Notes under the pieces: model-generated
Seen by the model: only the letters and a program-made list of their open reading frames with translations
Told to the model about the DNA's origin: nothing
Database searches by the model: none
Shown here: piece by piece, positions 23,736 to 37,190 of the stretch
Position numbering within the stretch: the first letter of the stretch is position 1
Layout: every line of letters starts with the position of its first letter
Program-made: the position numbers and the translations under genes
Origin: Malacoraja senta
Lineage: Eukaryota
Direction of reading: 5' to 3'
Length of the DNA stretch: 64,000 nucleotides
Assembly: GCA_038087875.1 (NCBI GenBank)
Contig: CM075989.1
Span: forward strand, 19,592,001 to 19,656,000

Positions 23736-25683
23736 TATATAACATAATGAGCAAGTTAAACATGTAACTGTTGTATTGTTGCATTGCTAGGGTATGGCAT
23801 ATTGTACAATAATTGGAACACAAATAAATACAACTATTTTACATTTTATACTTTTATAATTAAAAATCTTGGACCTACCCACCCTCTGATATATGAAACC
23901 CTTGATTAGTGCGGGTGTCACGGGATATGGGGAAAGGCAGGAGAATGGGGTTGAGAAGGAGAGATAGATCATTCAAGATTGAATGGCGGAGATGGGCCGA
24001 ATGGCCTAATTCTGCTCCTAGAACTTATGACATGAACAAGCATCATTTCTCTTTAATATAAAGCAAACCATGATTGACTCAAAAAGAATAATTATCTGTT
24101 AAGTTAATTTTCCTGACCTTCAGATTGAAGAAGGATCCCGACACAAAACATTACCTACCCTTTTTGTCCAGAGATGCTGCCTGACCCGCTGAGTTACTCC
24201 AGCATTTTGTGTCCATCTTTGGTGTAAACCAGCAGCTCTTCGTTTCTGCTAAAGTTAATATTGTCGATGAGTTAACTTTTCGATTCACTGACTGTAGGCC
24301 AATATAAAAATGCTTCCAATCCCTGGATGAGTAATAAAGTTGCCGCTCATCACTAGAAATCACCTGGAAAACAGACCATTAAAATCATTCAATTTATTTC
24401 GCAGAGTTACTAATCACAAGTCAGCAAACATTCCAAAAGGAATATTTTACTCATATTTGTTTTATTTTTGTTTTTAAAAGTAACAACTGCTCATACCTAA
24501 ACTAAACTAATAAAACATTATGCATACACAAATATTAAAATAGGATTGGAACAATACCTACCAGATGTTTAGTGTTTAATTTCTTACATATAGTGTTTTC
24601 TTGCATATAGTTCAATGCCTGTGATATTTTGAATGCTGCCATCTTTATGCCTGGCAAGGTTACTCTCCTGGCAAATCTGACCCTTCACTGCTCCGTGAAA
24701 TGAAGAGTGTTATATGTTTGTGTAGCTTGTGTTAATAGTCTAAGGATTACTTGGAACCTACTGGTCATTTACTTTGGCAGTAATTGTTCTTTAAAAAAAA
24801 AAGAATTAAGAGATGGAGTGTATCAATAGCACGAATGTCCACAAGGACAAAGTTAACTATCCAACTACAAGTGGACCACGTAGACTGCAGTTAGAAATCA
24901 CCAGTGTGCAGGAGCTGCAGATGCTGGTTTAAATCGAAGATAGACACAAAATGCTGGAGTAAATCAGCGGGTCAGGCAGCATCTCTGGAGTAAAGGAAAA
25001 GGTGACTTTTCAGGTTGTGACCCTTCTCCAGACTGAATTTAAGTGGTCAGCTTGATTGTATTCATGTGCAGGCTTGTCTTTGACGGGATAGTATGCAAAC
25101 AAAAGGTTTTCACTGTACCTCAGTACACGTGACAATAATGAACTAAACTAAACTAGATCTTCCAACCTACCGTATTGCAGATCTTGCAATTTTTCTCTGT
25201 AACAGTAACGTTACAATGCTGGAACACTACATTCTACAAACTTGTATACTACATGTGGTACTTATGCATGGTCTTATTGTCGTCATGTATGTAAAAAAAT
25301 GCAAAGTGCTGGAGTAACTGAGCGGGTCAGGACAGTATCTCTGGAGGACATGGATAGGTGAGGTATTCAGGTTGGGACCCTTCCTCGGACTGATTGCAGC
25401 AGAGGAAAGAAAGCTGGGAAAGAGGTGTGGGACAGAGCCTTGCAAGTGACAGGTGGATACAGGTGAGATGGCTTTTAAGTGGTAGACGGGTGGACAAAGG
25501 CCAGAGATGAAGAGAAAAGACTGAGGTATGGAGAGAAGTGAAATGTGAAGCCAGAGGAAGGGGTGTAGATGGAAGGGGGGGGGCTTGAAGGGGAAAAGGG
25601 GGCAGGGTAGTGGGAGAAATGGGTGTACATCTGGGTGGGGCACAAGGAAGTGAGGGGTGGGGCGGCTGTTGTGGAAGTGATTA

Positions 25684-26050
25684 GTCATAGAATCACACAG
25701 CATGGAAACAGTCCCTTCAGCCCAAATTACCCACACCGACCAACCTGCCACATCTACACTAGTCCCACCTGCCTGCGTTTGGCCCATATCCCTCTAAACC
25801 TGTCCTAACCATGTACCTGTCCAAATGTTTCTTAAACATTGCGATAGGCCCTGGCACAACTACCTCCTCCGGCAGCTCGTTCCTTACACCCACCACCCAT
25901 TGTGTGAAAAGGCATTGTGTAAAGCTGCCCCTCAGCTTTACCCCCTTTTTTCCCTTCACCTTAAAACTACATCCTCTGGTTCTCAATTCCCCAACTCTCA
26001 GCAACAGACTGTTTGTTTGTACCTAATCCATTCCTCTCATGGTTTTGTGC
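25684..26050 (-). mobile_element. CR1/HER1-like LINE 3' end
   Basis: VVGVRNELPEEVV...FKKHLDRYM..GLEGYGPNAGRWD. Confidence 0.9.
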
Positions 26051-26239
26051 ACTTTTGTTGTCTAAAATTGGAAAATTCAATGTTCATGCTCTTGGTACGG
26101 TACTTATGTGAAGTATGATTTGACTGGATAGCAGGCAAACAAAACTTTTCACTGTATCTCGGTACATGTGACAATCATAAATCATTACTAACGCCAGAAT
26201 GGAGGCTTAAAAGTGTTTTGCTATTTGCAACCTGTAAAG

Positions 26240-26527
26240 GAGGCGCAGCGGTAGAGTTGCTGCCTTACAGCGTTTACAGCGCCAGAGACCCGGGTTCGAT
26301 CCCGACTATGGGTGCTGTCTGTACGTTCTCCCCGTGACCTGCGTGGGTTTGCACTGAGATCTTCGGTTTCCTCCTACACTCTGAAGACGTGCAGGTCTTG
26401 TAGGCTAATTGGCTTTGTATAAATGTAACATTGTCCCTTGTGTGTGTAGGGTAGTGTTAGTGTGTGGGGATCGCTGGTCGGTGTGGACTCGGTGGGCCGA
26501 AGGGCCAGTTTCCGCGCTGTATCTCTG
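26240..26527 (+). mobile_element. HE1-like V-SINE
   Basis: Head, V-domain and tail. Confidence 0.9.
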
Positions 26528-29500
26528 TATCTGTGAACGGACATGAAAGAGTTAATGCTGAATCCAGCCCACTCGCCTAGGCTCTGGCTGTGTCGTGATT
26601 GTACAAAATGATGATCAACCTCACACCCCTTCAGCCTGGCTGCAGTAATTGCCAGCCAGTCTCTACAGAACACACTACTTGGGGGCAGCACAGATTGATA
26701 GCACAATCAGAGAACATTTCCAGGAAACATAATTAGCCGATCAAAAACTGACACAATGTTATTTTGATTTTACTCAGGAAAATCAGCACGACTGTTTCTG
26801 AAAGTAAAATTAGATAATGTCGTTGTCAAGGGCTTGCATTTTCATGAAGTGAGAGGTTTAGTTGACACATGCCCTGGCAACAGAACAATGAAATTCTTAA
26901 GATGGACACAAAATGCTGGAGGAACTCAGCGGGACAGGCAGCATCTCTGGAGAGAAGGAATGGGTCCCTTCTTCAGAGTCAGCGGTGAGGAAGACTAGAG
27001 ATATGGAAGGGTAAGGTGTGAAAACGACAGATCAAAGCAGACAATTCTCAAGGAAATGTAGAATGGTTCATTGTTAGCTGAGGGGAAGATGACAACGAGG
27101 CATACAAACAGTAAAATTTATCAGGAAGACAGTGAAACTAGTCAGAGAGCTAGGGTGAGGGAGGGACAGATTCTTACTTGCTACTGCTTAACAGGCCTGC
27201 AAATACAAGAAATGTATGGATAAATATATAATAAATCACATATTTAATACATTTAATAAATTATATATTTATTATAGATAAATTAATAACTGTGGCACCT
27301 TGTACCATCATAGTGCAAAACCAAAGTCTACAATGAAGCCAAAGACACAGTCCAAGCAGATCATAGTTGCTGAGGTTAGTGTTGTGCAGTATTCAAGTGC
27401 CTGATGGTTGTTGGGAAGAAGTTGATCTTGAACCTGGTAGTCATGGTCTTCAGGCTCCTGTATCTTCCTCCTGATAGTGAGATGAGAGCGTGGCCAGGGT
27501 GGTGTGGGCTTTTGATGTTCAAAACATTGATAAAAATGTGCCACTTCCTTTTCTAAAACAAATACCACACTCCAGTGATGTTGCCCGACCTGCTGAGTTA
27601 CACCAGCACATTGTGTCTATTAAAGGAAAATAGTGTGTAGGAAGGAACTACAGATGCTGGTTTAAACCGAAGGCAGATACAAAAAGCTGGAGTAACCCAG
27701 CGGGTCTCTGGCGATAAGGAAACTACGGATGCTGGTTAGTTGCTAGAGCTACTTTATTAATCCATTTGCAAAAAAGGCCTGGTGATATTTAAACCGATTT
27801 GGTTGAAGATCCAGGCAGCGTTGAACCTATGGTACAGGATGAGTCTGATTTCAATATGTGTTGGACTTGCTTCCTCAGGCTGTGGGATATCTACCTGCAG
27901 TGGGACTGCGCCTTTATGAGCAGCTTGGTGATGCTGAGCAGTCGACACTGTGGCTCAGCAGAGCGAAGCCACATCTGGCGCACTGCGTTGGACCCCTCGC
28001 CTGTGGGACGCAGCCCAGCTGAATGAGGATGCGTCTGGCCCGCCTCGCTGTATTTAAGACCAGATTACGCGCACGCAGCTCCCCGGTCAATAGCATTATA
28101 AATCTAAAATCTAAAAAACCTCCATGTGAATACTCTCCCGGCAACGACACGGGAATGGTTCGCACCCTCCCCCCCTCGACAGCGTTTTTTTTTTTAACCC
28201 TCCAAGACGCCATTTATCATCATTAGAGGGGAATGCAAGCAGCTGTTTCCAGGCCATTATCAAAATTACTACAGATGACTTCTCATGTTCACTTCACACT
28301 TTCAAAAGTAATTTTCTTTCCAAAGGCTCCTGCTGTCCGTCAATGAACGCTCATAAGAAGGCAAATGGAAAGCAGTTTTGAATACACCCCATTAACAAGC
28401 GAACTGTGGTCTCGACGTGTTGTAAGCATGCCGCATATTAAAGTGTTGATGCTGTTTCGCAACACATGCTTTCAATAAGATAAATACTTATTTTCTGAAG
28501 TTAAACCCAGCTGACCTTGGCTCGAAATTCTCTCTCTTGTCCACATGCTAAGTGCCCTGGACCAGAGAAATGACTCGAGAGAGATCTATCCATTTTCTGC
28601 ACTTGAGGCTATTGGTCAGAGATCCTTGGTCATCCCACCTGCCTGACACCTTGGATCATGATGAATTGTCTCAGACTCCAGCCCCAGATTGTTTTTTAAC
28701 ATTTAATTTAGTTTCTTCCTGTGCTTGGTTGAACATGGCCCGGTTATGGATTTCTACTCTAATGTACTCCAGCAGCCTGGTGGTGAAGGCCATTTCGAGA
28801 TGTGGAAGTTACAGAGGGCAGATCAATAGTCAAGGTCCTGACCCCAGCTTCGGATTTTGTTCTTTGCCCCCGAGGGTTTCTCCCCTTGAAAGTCGCGGAG
28901 CACTTTTAATATGAACACAAGTGCATTTTGACAACTTAGGCTTCTGCAGCGCGTAACAGAGAGTATCCATATCCACTCTGCTTCTCGTTCAGTAGCTTTA
29001 ATCCTGCTAGCATAATAGAAATGACCCTCCATGCATTTGATTAGCTGTAATATGTCTCATGATTCCAGACCTGATTGACCTTTGGAAACGGAGTGATAGG
29101 ACAGACAAGACAGGAAGCGACACTAATAGAGACCTTTAGCTCTCTCCTTTAGCAGCGATAGAGAGGGGGGGAAAAGTAAGACTGTACAAGTTGGGGAATT
29201 AAACCGAAAGCCTACAAGGAATTTTAATCGCCGAAAACAAAACTGCAGCGTGTCCTGATTTACAGGCAGTTATTGGTCCTCACTTGCTCAGCCAACAGAG
29301 CGACTGGTAAAACCTCGTTCCCTGTTGCAACTGTGAGCAATGTTGTCCACCCCTCATCCATACGAACAGGAGACACAAACAAATAAATAAACACGGCTTG
29401 TCCCAGCCCCGCTCATTCCTTCTTCTCTCCGCTACCGTCGTGCAGAAGGGACGGAGACTTGAAAGCACGCACCGCCAGACTCCGTAAACTGCTCCTTCCC

Positions 29501-29609
29501 CTGTGTTATCGGGCTTTTGAACACTTCTTTCACGAGCACAGGGAACTGACTGGTGCACGTCTAGTCCATAGAGGAGGTTGGACTTTGTCTATGGAACTGA
29601 TGTGCTACA

Positions 29610-29925
29610 AGGGTCGGCACGCTGGCGCAGCGGTAGAGTTGCTGTCTTACAGCGCCAGAGACCCAGGTTCGATCCTGACCTCGGGTGCTGTCTGCACAGA
29701 GTTTGTACGTTCTCCCTGTGACCACGTGGGTTTTCTCCGAGATCTCCCGTTTCCTCCCACACTCTATAAGACGTACAGGTTTGTAGGCTAATTGGCTTCG
29801 GCAAAAATTGTAAAATGTCCACGAGTGTGTAGGATAGTGCTAGTGTTTGGGATGATTGCTGGTTGGCGTGGACTCCGTGGGCTGAAAGGCCTGTTTCCAC
29901 AATGTATCGGTAAAGTCTAAAGTCT
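29610..29925 (+). mobile_element. HE1-like V-SINE
   Basis: Head, V-domain and tail. Confidence 0.9.
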
Positions 29926-30890
29926 AATTGGCAATAATGGACAACAATGCCCCCCCCCCCCCCCATTATGGTCCACTATAACAAGGGTTTACTGTATCTG
30001 ACAAAACTGTATCTGTATCTGACAAACAAAAGCCTTTCACTGTATCTTGGTACACATGACAAAATATACCTACACCTAAACCAGCAAAGCTTGTACAGGG
30101 GAAATCAAATGGCATTTGGCACATCATGTAACCTTTGATAGCCAAGTACTCATCCCAATGGCCACATTTGCCACGTTGTGTAATTAGAATTAGGTTTGTC
30201 CGAGGTACAGTGATACACTTTGTTTCACATGCTATCCAATCAAAACAAATAATACTTTACATAAATACAATCAAGTGAGACTCAAGTACAATAGAGCTAA
30301 GGGAAAGATACAGAGTGCAGAATATAGTTCTCAGCATTCTCAGCATCTGACACTATAAGGTAGTAACTTTACCGCTGCGCCACTGTGCACCACTAACACC
30401 ACTAACACCATTGTCCGCTACAACTGAGTAAGGTATTATTGTATAAGTGATAGAAACAAACAGCAGTTGCTGGTTAATAGACATGAAGACACAAAGTGCT
30501 GGAGTAACTCAGCAGGTCAGGCAACATCTCTGGAGAACACGGCTCATGTTCTGGGCCTTGTTCTGGGTCGAGACCTCTTCTTCAGACTCTAGGTGTGGAA
30601 CTGGGCCTGGAATCCAGGTGAGCTGGCGGCCGGGGGAGAGGCGAGGACCGGCGGAGTCGATGGCCGTGGCCCGCGGTGCAGGTAAGGGGTCGGCGGTGGC
30701 AAGGGTAGCAGCCTAGGAGGCTGTGTGGACCGGCGGTGGCGGTAGTAGGTCCGGCCTGGACGCGTCACGAGCCATGATTACAAATGGCCGGGGAGGCAGT
30801 GTTAACCGGGGTGACGTGGGCAGAGCACAGTGAAGACACGGGGAACTGCAGTTGCTGGAATCATGAAAAAAACACAAAGTGCTGGAGTAA

Positions 30891-31305
30891 AGGGCCTGTC
30901 CCACGGGCAGGCGGCTCCATGCGGCAAGCGCGACCTAACCGGAAGCGGGGGCCGCGCGGAGGTTGAGTGATCCCCGTACAGGGCCGGTCCCACCAGCATG
31001 CGGCTGCATGCGGCAAGTGGCACCAAACCGGAAGCGGGGGCTGCGCGGAGGTCGAGTGACGTCAAGACGGTGCGTACGGCGTCGACGCGGCTGCGGGGCG
31101 GCAGGCCGTTGCCGCGCGGAATTTTTGAACAGTGTCAGTTTTTTGGAGCCCCGCGCGATGTCGGGACCAGCTCCGCACAACTCCATACGGCTCCGGCGAT
31201 CGAAGTGGGACCAGCCCCGCGACCTCCACGCGGCCCCCGTACGGCCCCCGCTTACGGTTAGGTCGCGCTTGCCGCATGGAGTCGCATGCCCGTGGGACAG
31301 GCCCT
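30891..31305. mobile_element. PIF/Harbinger-type MITE, full length, GC-rich
   Basis: TIR AGGGCCTGTCCCACGGGCA with long subterminal inverted repeats; TAA TSD; inserted into a Penelope-derived element (GGAGTAA|CTCAG). Confidence 0.9.
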
Positions 31306-31670
31306 TAACTCAGTGGGTCAGGCAGCATTTGGGAAGGGAGTGGGCAGATGGTGCATCAGGTTGGGACCCCTCTTCTCGCTGCCATTCTTGATGTAGTTGG
31401 GGGGAGAAAGCTGAGGACGTGGGAGCGGGACAAAGTCTGGCAAATGGGAGATGGATTCAGGTCATATCCTCATTGAGTCATTCAGTGCGGAAACAGGTCC
31501 TTCAGCCCAACTTGTCCATACCAACCAAGATGTCCCATCTGAGCGAATCCCATTTGCCCGCATTTGGCCTACATCCCTCTAAACCTTTCTCATCCATGTA
31601 CCTGTCCAGGTGTGGTTTTAATGCTGTTGTAGTATCTGAGGGTGAGAACGGAGACAAAAGGGTGTCAGTT

Positions 31671-31901
31671 AAGGGACTGTCCCACTTACGTGATTTTTTT
31701 CGGCGACTTGCCGGCACCTGTCATAGTCGCAGCAGGTCGCTCATACGACCATACAGGCATCACCCCACGACATGCCAACACGTGACGCCTGTATGGCCCA
31801 AAAAGTCGTACCTTTTTGTGGTCACCGCTGGATTTTCAACATGTTGAACATTTTCGGCGACCTGCTGCGTCTATGACGGGTGCCGGCAAGTCGCCGAAAA
31901 A
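31671..31901. mobile_element. Truncated Harbinger-type MITE
   Basis: AAGGGACTGTCCCACTT terminus; internal inverted repeat TTTTTTCGGCGACTTGCCGGCACC / GGTGCCGGCAAGTCGCCGAAAAAA; related piece at about 41082-41270. Confidence 0.7.
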
Positions 31902-33539
31902 ATGATACCAAGACAATGATCCTACAAACCTGTTCGTCTTTGGAGAGTGGGAGGAAACCGGAGCGCCCGGAGAAAACCCGGGGAGGTCATAGTACAAACT
32001 CCGTACAGACATCACCCGTGGTCAGGATCGAACCCTCGTCTCCGTGCTGTCAGGTGGCAACTCTACCGCTGTGCCACTGGGCCGCCCTGCAGTTGTTACC
32101 ACGAAGAAACTATTCCTGCGTGGCTCAGTATCAAATTTAGTGCACTCCAAACCAGAAGGAACTGCTTGCCTGATGTTCCTGAGAACATAACGTTCTATCT
32201 GAAAGGATAAGTGCCATTAATACATACTTTATGTGACTCCTTAGTGCAATTTTATGAAGATTGTCCATTGTTGCCGCATAATTCCTTTAGTTCCTTTCAT
32301 TCTCAGACTCAGACTGATGCAACAAATTACAGAGAATTATATCGTCGAGACTACAAGATGTTATCAGATGTCGCCCAGTCAATCTGCCTAAATAAAATAT
32401 TTAAAGCAGTCACTCGTCTACAAGTTTACATTTTATACCGAGCAACAATCTGAGCGAGTTAAATGCCACTAGCAGGAAATAGCGTTTTATTTTGTACAAT
32501 TGCTTTTGAAAAGGATGGTGTATCTATAACGTGTACCAGCTCCAATTCACAGTCTAACCTTAACTGCCAGTGCATTAATGCATATGTTTTACCCTGTCAA
32601 AGTGAACCATTTTCTCCCCACCGGTCAATATACAGTATCACAAGCTGCTCTTTCCTTAACAATCCAAACCGTCCAGACATTTGCAGTAAGCCTCAGCCAC
32701 TGCACTCAAACAAAAATTAAATGCTGCATTTACCGAGGTTTTTTTTATCCAAGATTTCAATCCAACCCCATCCTCGGCAAAATGACCCTTTTATTTTGTT
32801 GTGGACATAAAATTATGGCCCTTGGAAAATTGGATGCGTTTGTGTTGAAGGAAATCAATTTCCTCACTGCCACGTATGATCAACATGTCACGGCTATCAA
32901 ACAGATAATAATGGTAAAACACAAGTGAAATGGCTGGTAATACCGGCGTCTGAAAGGGGAGCAAGATGAATGAATGCCTTCTTTTGAAACATGTTTGCAA
33001 TAATAATAATCCATCCCCCCCCCAAAAAATTCCACGTAAAAGGTTCTCAAACCCACTGCGCAGAAAGATTTTTTCCAGGGCTTGACAGGGGGGTGACAAT
33101 ATTGGTGCTGCCCACCCCCAGGAAAGTATCTCAGCGTTTGTGAAACTGACGAGGATTCCTCTCTCATCAATGTGTTAATGGGCAGCTAGGAGACAAAAAG
33201 TCGACACCACCAGCGTGTGTGTTGGCTCGGGGAGACTGCTTAGGAGAGGGTAATCGGGAGAGAGTGGTGGCCAGCCGCGTCTTAATTTAGTCTTGCAAAC
33301 AAAAGGAAGCATCGTATCTGACCCCAATGCCAGAGCGTTAATGGCTATCTGCCCATCACTGCATGCCACTTAGCACTGTTTATGAATCACCCTTGCATCT
33401 TTGCAACATAAGAAGGCTTTAGCTGGATAGCAGCAAGCAAAACATGGAAACACATTTAGACAACAAAACTGTCTTCCTGCCTCGTACTTGTTTTCCAGAG
33501 TTTGGTGCGTCTGGTGGTATGCCAAAGCTATAGAAGTGT

Positions 33540-33845
33540 CCTCATATTTCACTTGGGCAGCGGTGTGAATATCGACTTCCCTAACTTCAAGTAACCCTTG
33601 CGTTCCTGCTCTCTCCATCCCTCCCCCATCCTAGTTCTCCCACCAGTCTGTGTCTCCTGATTAAATTTTATCTTTGTATGCTTCCTTGTCACCATCCCCT
33701 AGCTAACAATGATCTATTCTACATCTTCCTCGCACTTCATCCCCTTTGATGTCTCGTTTTCACACCTGTCCCTTCCATATCTCTGTGTCTCCCGCCCTAG
33801 AGATGCTGCCTGTCCCGCTGAGTTACTCCAGCATTTTGTGTCAAC
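33540..33845 (+). mobile_element. Penelope-like element 3' end
   Basis: LIFHLGS..GVNIDFPNFK* end of the GIY-YIG region, then a pyrimidine-rich UTR and the shared arm. Confidence 0.75.
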
Positions 33846-33849
33846 CTCT

Positions 33850-34137
33850 AGAATCAGGGACAGTTTCTTCCCAGCTGTTATCAGGCAACTGAATCATCCT
33901 ACCACAACCAGAGAGCGGTGCTGAACTACTATCTACCTCTTTGGTGATCCTCGGACTATCCTTGATCGGACTTTGCTGGCTTTACCTTGCACTAAACGTT
34001 ATTCCCTTATCATGTATCTATACACTGTGAATGGCTCGATTGTAATCATGTGTTGTTTTTCCACTGACTGGATAGCACGCAACAAACGTTTTTCACTGTA
34101 CCTCGGTACACGTGACAATAAACTAAACTGAAACTGA
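33850..34137 (+). mobile_element. Rex1-like LINE 3' end
   Basis: RIRDSFFPAVIRQLNH then TTTTCACTGTACCTCGGTACACGTGACAATAAAC(TAAAC) tail. Confidence 0.75.
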
Positions 34138-35059
34138 AAGTGGATCAAACTCCGTACAGACAGCACCCGTAGTCAGGATCAAACCCAGGTCTCTGGCGCA
34201 GTAAGGCAGCAACTCTACCGCTTGCCACCATGCCGCCCATTGTACTCATGTAAGGTTTGGTTGTACTCATGTGTTAAAAAGTTCAAAAGGGATAGGAGCA
34301 AAATTAGGCCATTCAGTCCATCACATCTGCTCCACCATTCAATTATGGCTGATCTATCTCTCACTCTCAACCGCATTTTCCTGCCTTCTTCCCGTAACCC
34401 CTGACATCTAAGGTGTGACTTATCTGGACAGCGTACGAAACAAAGGTTTTCACTATATCTTGATGCATGTGACATCAGTAAACCAATGCCAATAGCAAAT
34501 CTGCATCAAGGCAAAGCTTTCAGCTGCCTTCTGTGAAGGATTTCAACTGGGACCAAGCAGAACTCAACAACGTAGAGATTGCAGCATTGTGCATATAATC
34601 TTAAATCAACAGGCCACTCAATAACTCAAAGCCACAATTTGACTTCTTCATATTTTCTTTTACCTGAGCAAATGCTTGCATTCAGATATTAAACAATATT
34701 GTCAGTGAATCCTATCAGACTACAGATCACCTTGTGGCAAACAGCGAGTGTCAAATAATGTGATGTCAGTAAATATTTGTTGTTGGTTTTAGCTCGCAGT
34801 GTAGACAAGGGCAACGAGAATGTCTTCTTATCAACGGCCTTGAATGGAATAAACTTAAGGGAAAGTTTGGGCCCATCTTGGGAACAAATCAAGGCCCAAC
34901 TGAACTGAATCTGTTTCATTTGGTTAATGGATAATTACCTACAGCGTGTATTTATGATTAGAGATCATGAAGGATACCACGCTTACACGCAGGCACAGTG
35001 TTGCAGGAAAAAATGGGGGGAGTCCAGAACGAGGGGTCACAGTTTAAGAATAAGGTCTT

Positions 35060-35193
35060 AGGCCCCCCCCCCCTCGGTCATGGCTGACCATGGGTGTTTC
35101 CAGGGTTGGAGGACGCCAGTGCTCGCCTTTGTTTAACGTGGGGAGACTGGTGCACAAACAGCCACCACACGGTCCTTGACAGATCTGGGATCA
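35060..35193 (-). mobile_element. Probable RTE-related short element fragment
   Basis: Resembles RTE UTR motifs (CCGTGTGGTGGCTG..TGCACCAG.CTCCCCACGTTAAA; GGTCAGCCATGACCGA), recalled from memory only. Confidence 0.35.
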
Positions 35194-35489
35194 GCCTCCC
35201 CAACATGTCCAAACCAAAATCTTTCTGAACCCCCCCCCCCCCACCATTAAAATCTCAGTGTTGGAAACACAGTGTGAATAACATAAAACAGGGAACAGTA
35301 CAGCACAGGAACAGGCTCCCTGGACCACAATGCTAAACATGATGCCAAGACCAACTTTTATGTGCCTGCACATGATCCATATCCCACCATTCCGTGCATA
35401 TCCATGTGCCCATCCATAAGTTTCATCAATGCCACCACCCTTGCCTACACTATGCAAAATGAAAATAACTTGCCCACACATCTTATAGA

Positions 35490-36178
35490 GTTATAGAGTC
35501 TTACAGCAAGGAAACAGGCCCTTAGGTCCAACTTGCCCACACCGGCCAACACGGTCCATCTATATCCATATCCCACCTGCCTGCATTTGGCCCATATCCC
35601 TCTAAATCTGTCCTATCTATGTATCTGTCAAAATGTTTCCTCAACATTACGATAGTATCTGACTCAACTACCTCCTCCGGCAGCTCGTTCCAAACACCCA
35701 CCACCCTTTGCGTGAAAAAGTTACCCCTCGGATTCTTATTAAATCTTTTCCCCCCTCACCTTAAACCTATGTCCTCTGGTTCTCGATTCCCCTACTCTGG
35801 GTAATAGCCCTGTCCCACGGTACGAGTTCATTCCAAGAGCTCTCCCGAATTTCCCCTGATTCGAACTCGGAGATTTACGGTAATGGCCACTCGTCGGTAC
35901 TCGGGGCTCTCGTGGACATTTTTCATGGACATGTTGAAAAATATTCACGAGTCTTCCTGTGCTTATCTGCCGTTAGCGAGTCTTCCCGAGTACCTGCCGT
36001 TAGCGTTACGAGCAGCTAAGAGACGTCTCCGAGCTCCGACTTTCATTCTCCATGCTTACCACGAGTTTGATTTTTCTTAAACACTGGAGAGCTCTTGGAA
36101 TGAACTCACACTGTGGGACAGGGCTTTAAGAGACTGTGGGAGTCTCTACCTGATCTATTCCCCTCACGATTTTGTACA
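35490..36178 (-). mobile_element. CR1/HER1-like LINE 3' end, split by a MITE
   Basis: VVGVWNELPEEVVE...GPNAGRWD. Confidence 0.85.
35805..36126. mobile_element. PIF/Harbinger-type MITE
   Basis: TIR AGCCCTGTCCCAC and subterminal GAGTTCATTCCAAGAGCTCTCC inverted repeat; TAA TSD. Confidence 0.9.
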
Positions 36179-36939
36179 TTAACAAATTGTTACAGGTTCT
36201 ACAGTTGAAAATTCCATTGCCTCGTCAGCTTTGTGTAACAAATTCAACATGCTTCAGCATCTTTGAAATTCCACAGCAGAAGTGTGCCATGTGATTATAT
36301 CATGGAACACTGTTTGACTTTCAACCTGGCATCTGTGCCCAATAGATAGATTTTTTATTTTCCCTAGACAATGCAAGAGCTAAGCACTCTCTTAATCTAT
36401 TAAATCTTTTTAGCAGCTGTTTAAATTATAAACAGCAGTCAATTGTTTTTTTTTCAAATGCGTTTGACGGTGAGAATAATGGGTTTAATTGTATTTGAAA
36501 GCTACCAAATATCAATGAAGATCAATGCAGGTGAATTGATCTGTTTGTGCAGCTAAACATCCAGAATATCAGATTCAAGCTGTAACATATTTAAATACTC
36601 TAATATTGATCAACTTTACCATGATACAGCTCAGATGACATTCCACATGATTGCAGGAAAACGTTTGCTTCAGTTTATCCAAACGACAGCTTTTGTCTTT
36701 AATCTGCCGAACAATTCGTGGTGATGTTGATATGGGCCTCAAGACCGAGGCTGCACAAGCCAGCACGGCCACAAGCTGTGGTGACGTGCACCGTATCTAG
36801 TACTGATCTTCTGACACAGTCGAGCATCCCAGCGGTTCTGCCCTCATTCCCAATGGTCCACGACGTTTACCCGAAACTTGTTGGTTTAATTTGGTTTAGT
36901 TTCTCTTTTAGTTTAGTTTGGAGATACAGCATGGAAACT

Positions 36940-37190
36940 GACAAACACAGATCCCGGACATCGGCCGCTCTCACAGACTATCTGCGTTAAACATAAACTA
37001 ATTATTAAAGGGACACAAAAATGCTGGAGAAACTCGGCGGGTGCGGCAGCATCTATGGAGCGGAGGAAATAGGCAACGTTTCGGGCCGAAACCCTTCTTC
37101 AGACTAATTATTAATTATTAAACTTTATTCTACGATTACCGACATGATAATCAATATACATTCAGTTCAGTGTTTTGGAGTGTTGTTTCT
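36940..37190 (-). pseudogene. Truncated second copy of a decayed signal-peptide ORF (see 50293-51368)
   Basis: MSVIVE*SLIISLCLTQIVCESGRCPGSVF after removing a Penelope insert (TSD ACTAATTATTAA); paralogous to 51280-51410. Confidence 0.35.

Noticed and set aside
27799-28026. 75-aa ORF as a coding exon
   Set aside because: No motif or homology recognised and no convincing splice sites
30784-31391. Overlapping Arg/Gly-rich ORFs
   Set aside because: A by-product of the GC-rich palindromic MITE
35060-35193. A further HDV-like ribozyme (contains CCCCACGT on the minus strand)
   Set aside because: No P3, P1 or P2 pairing could be built around the motif
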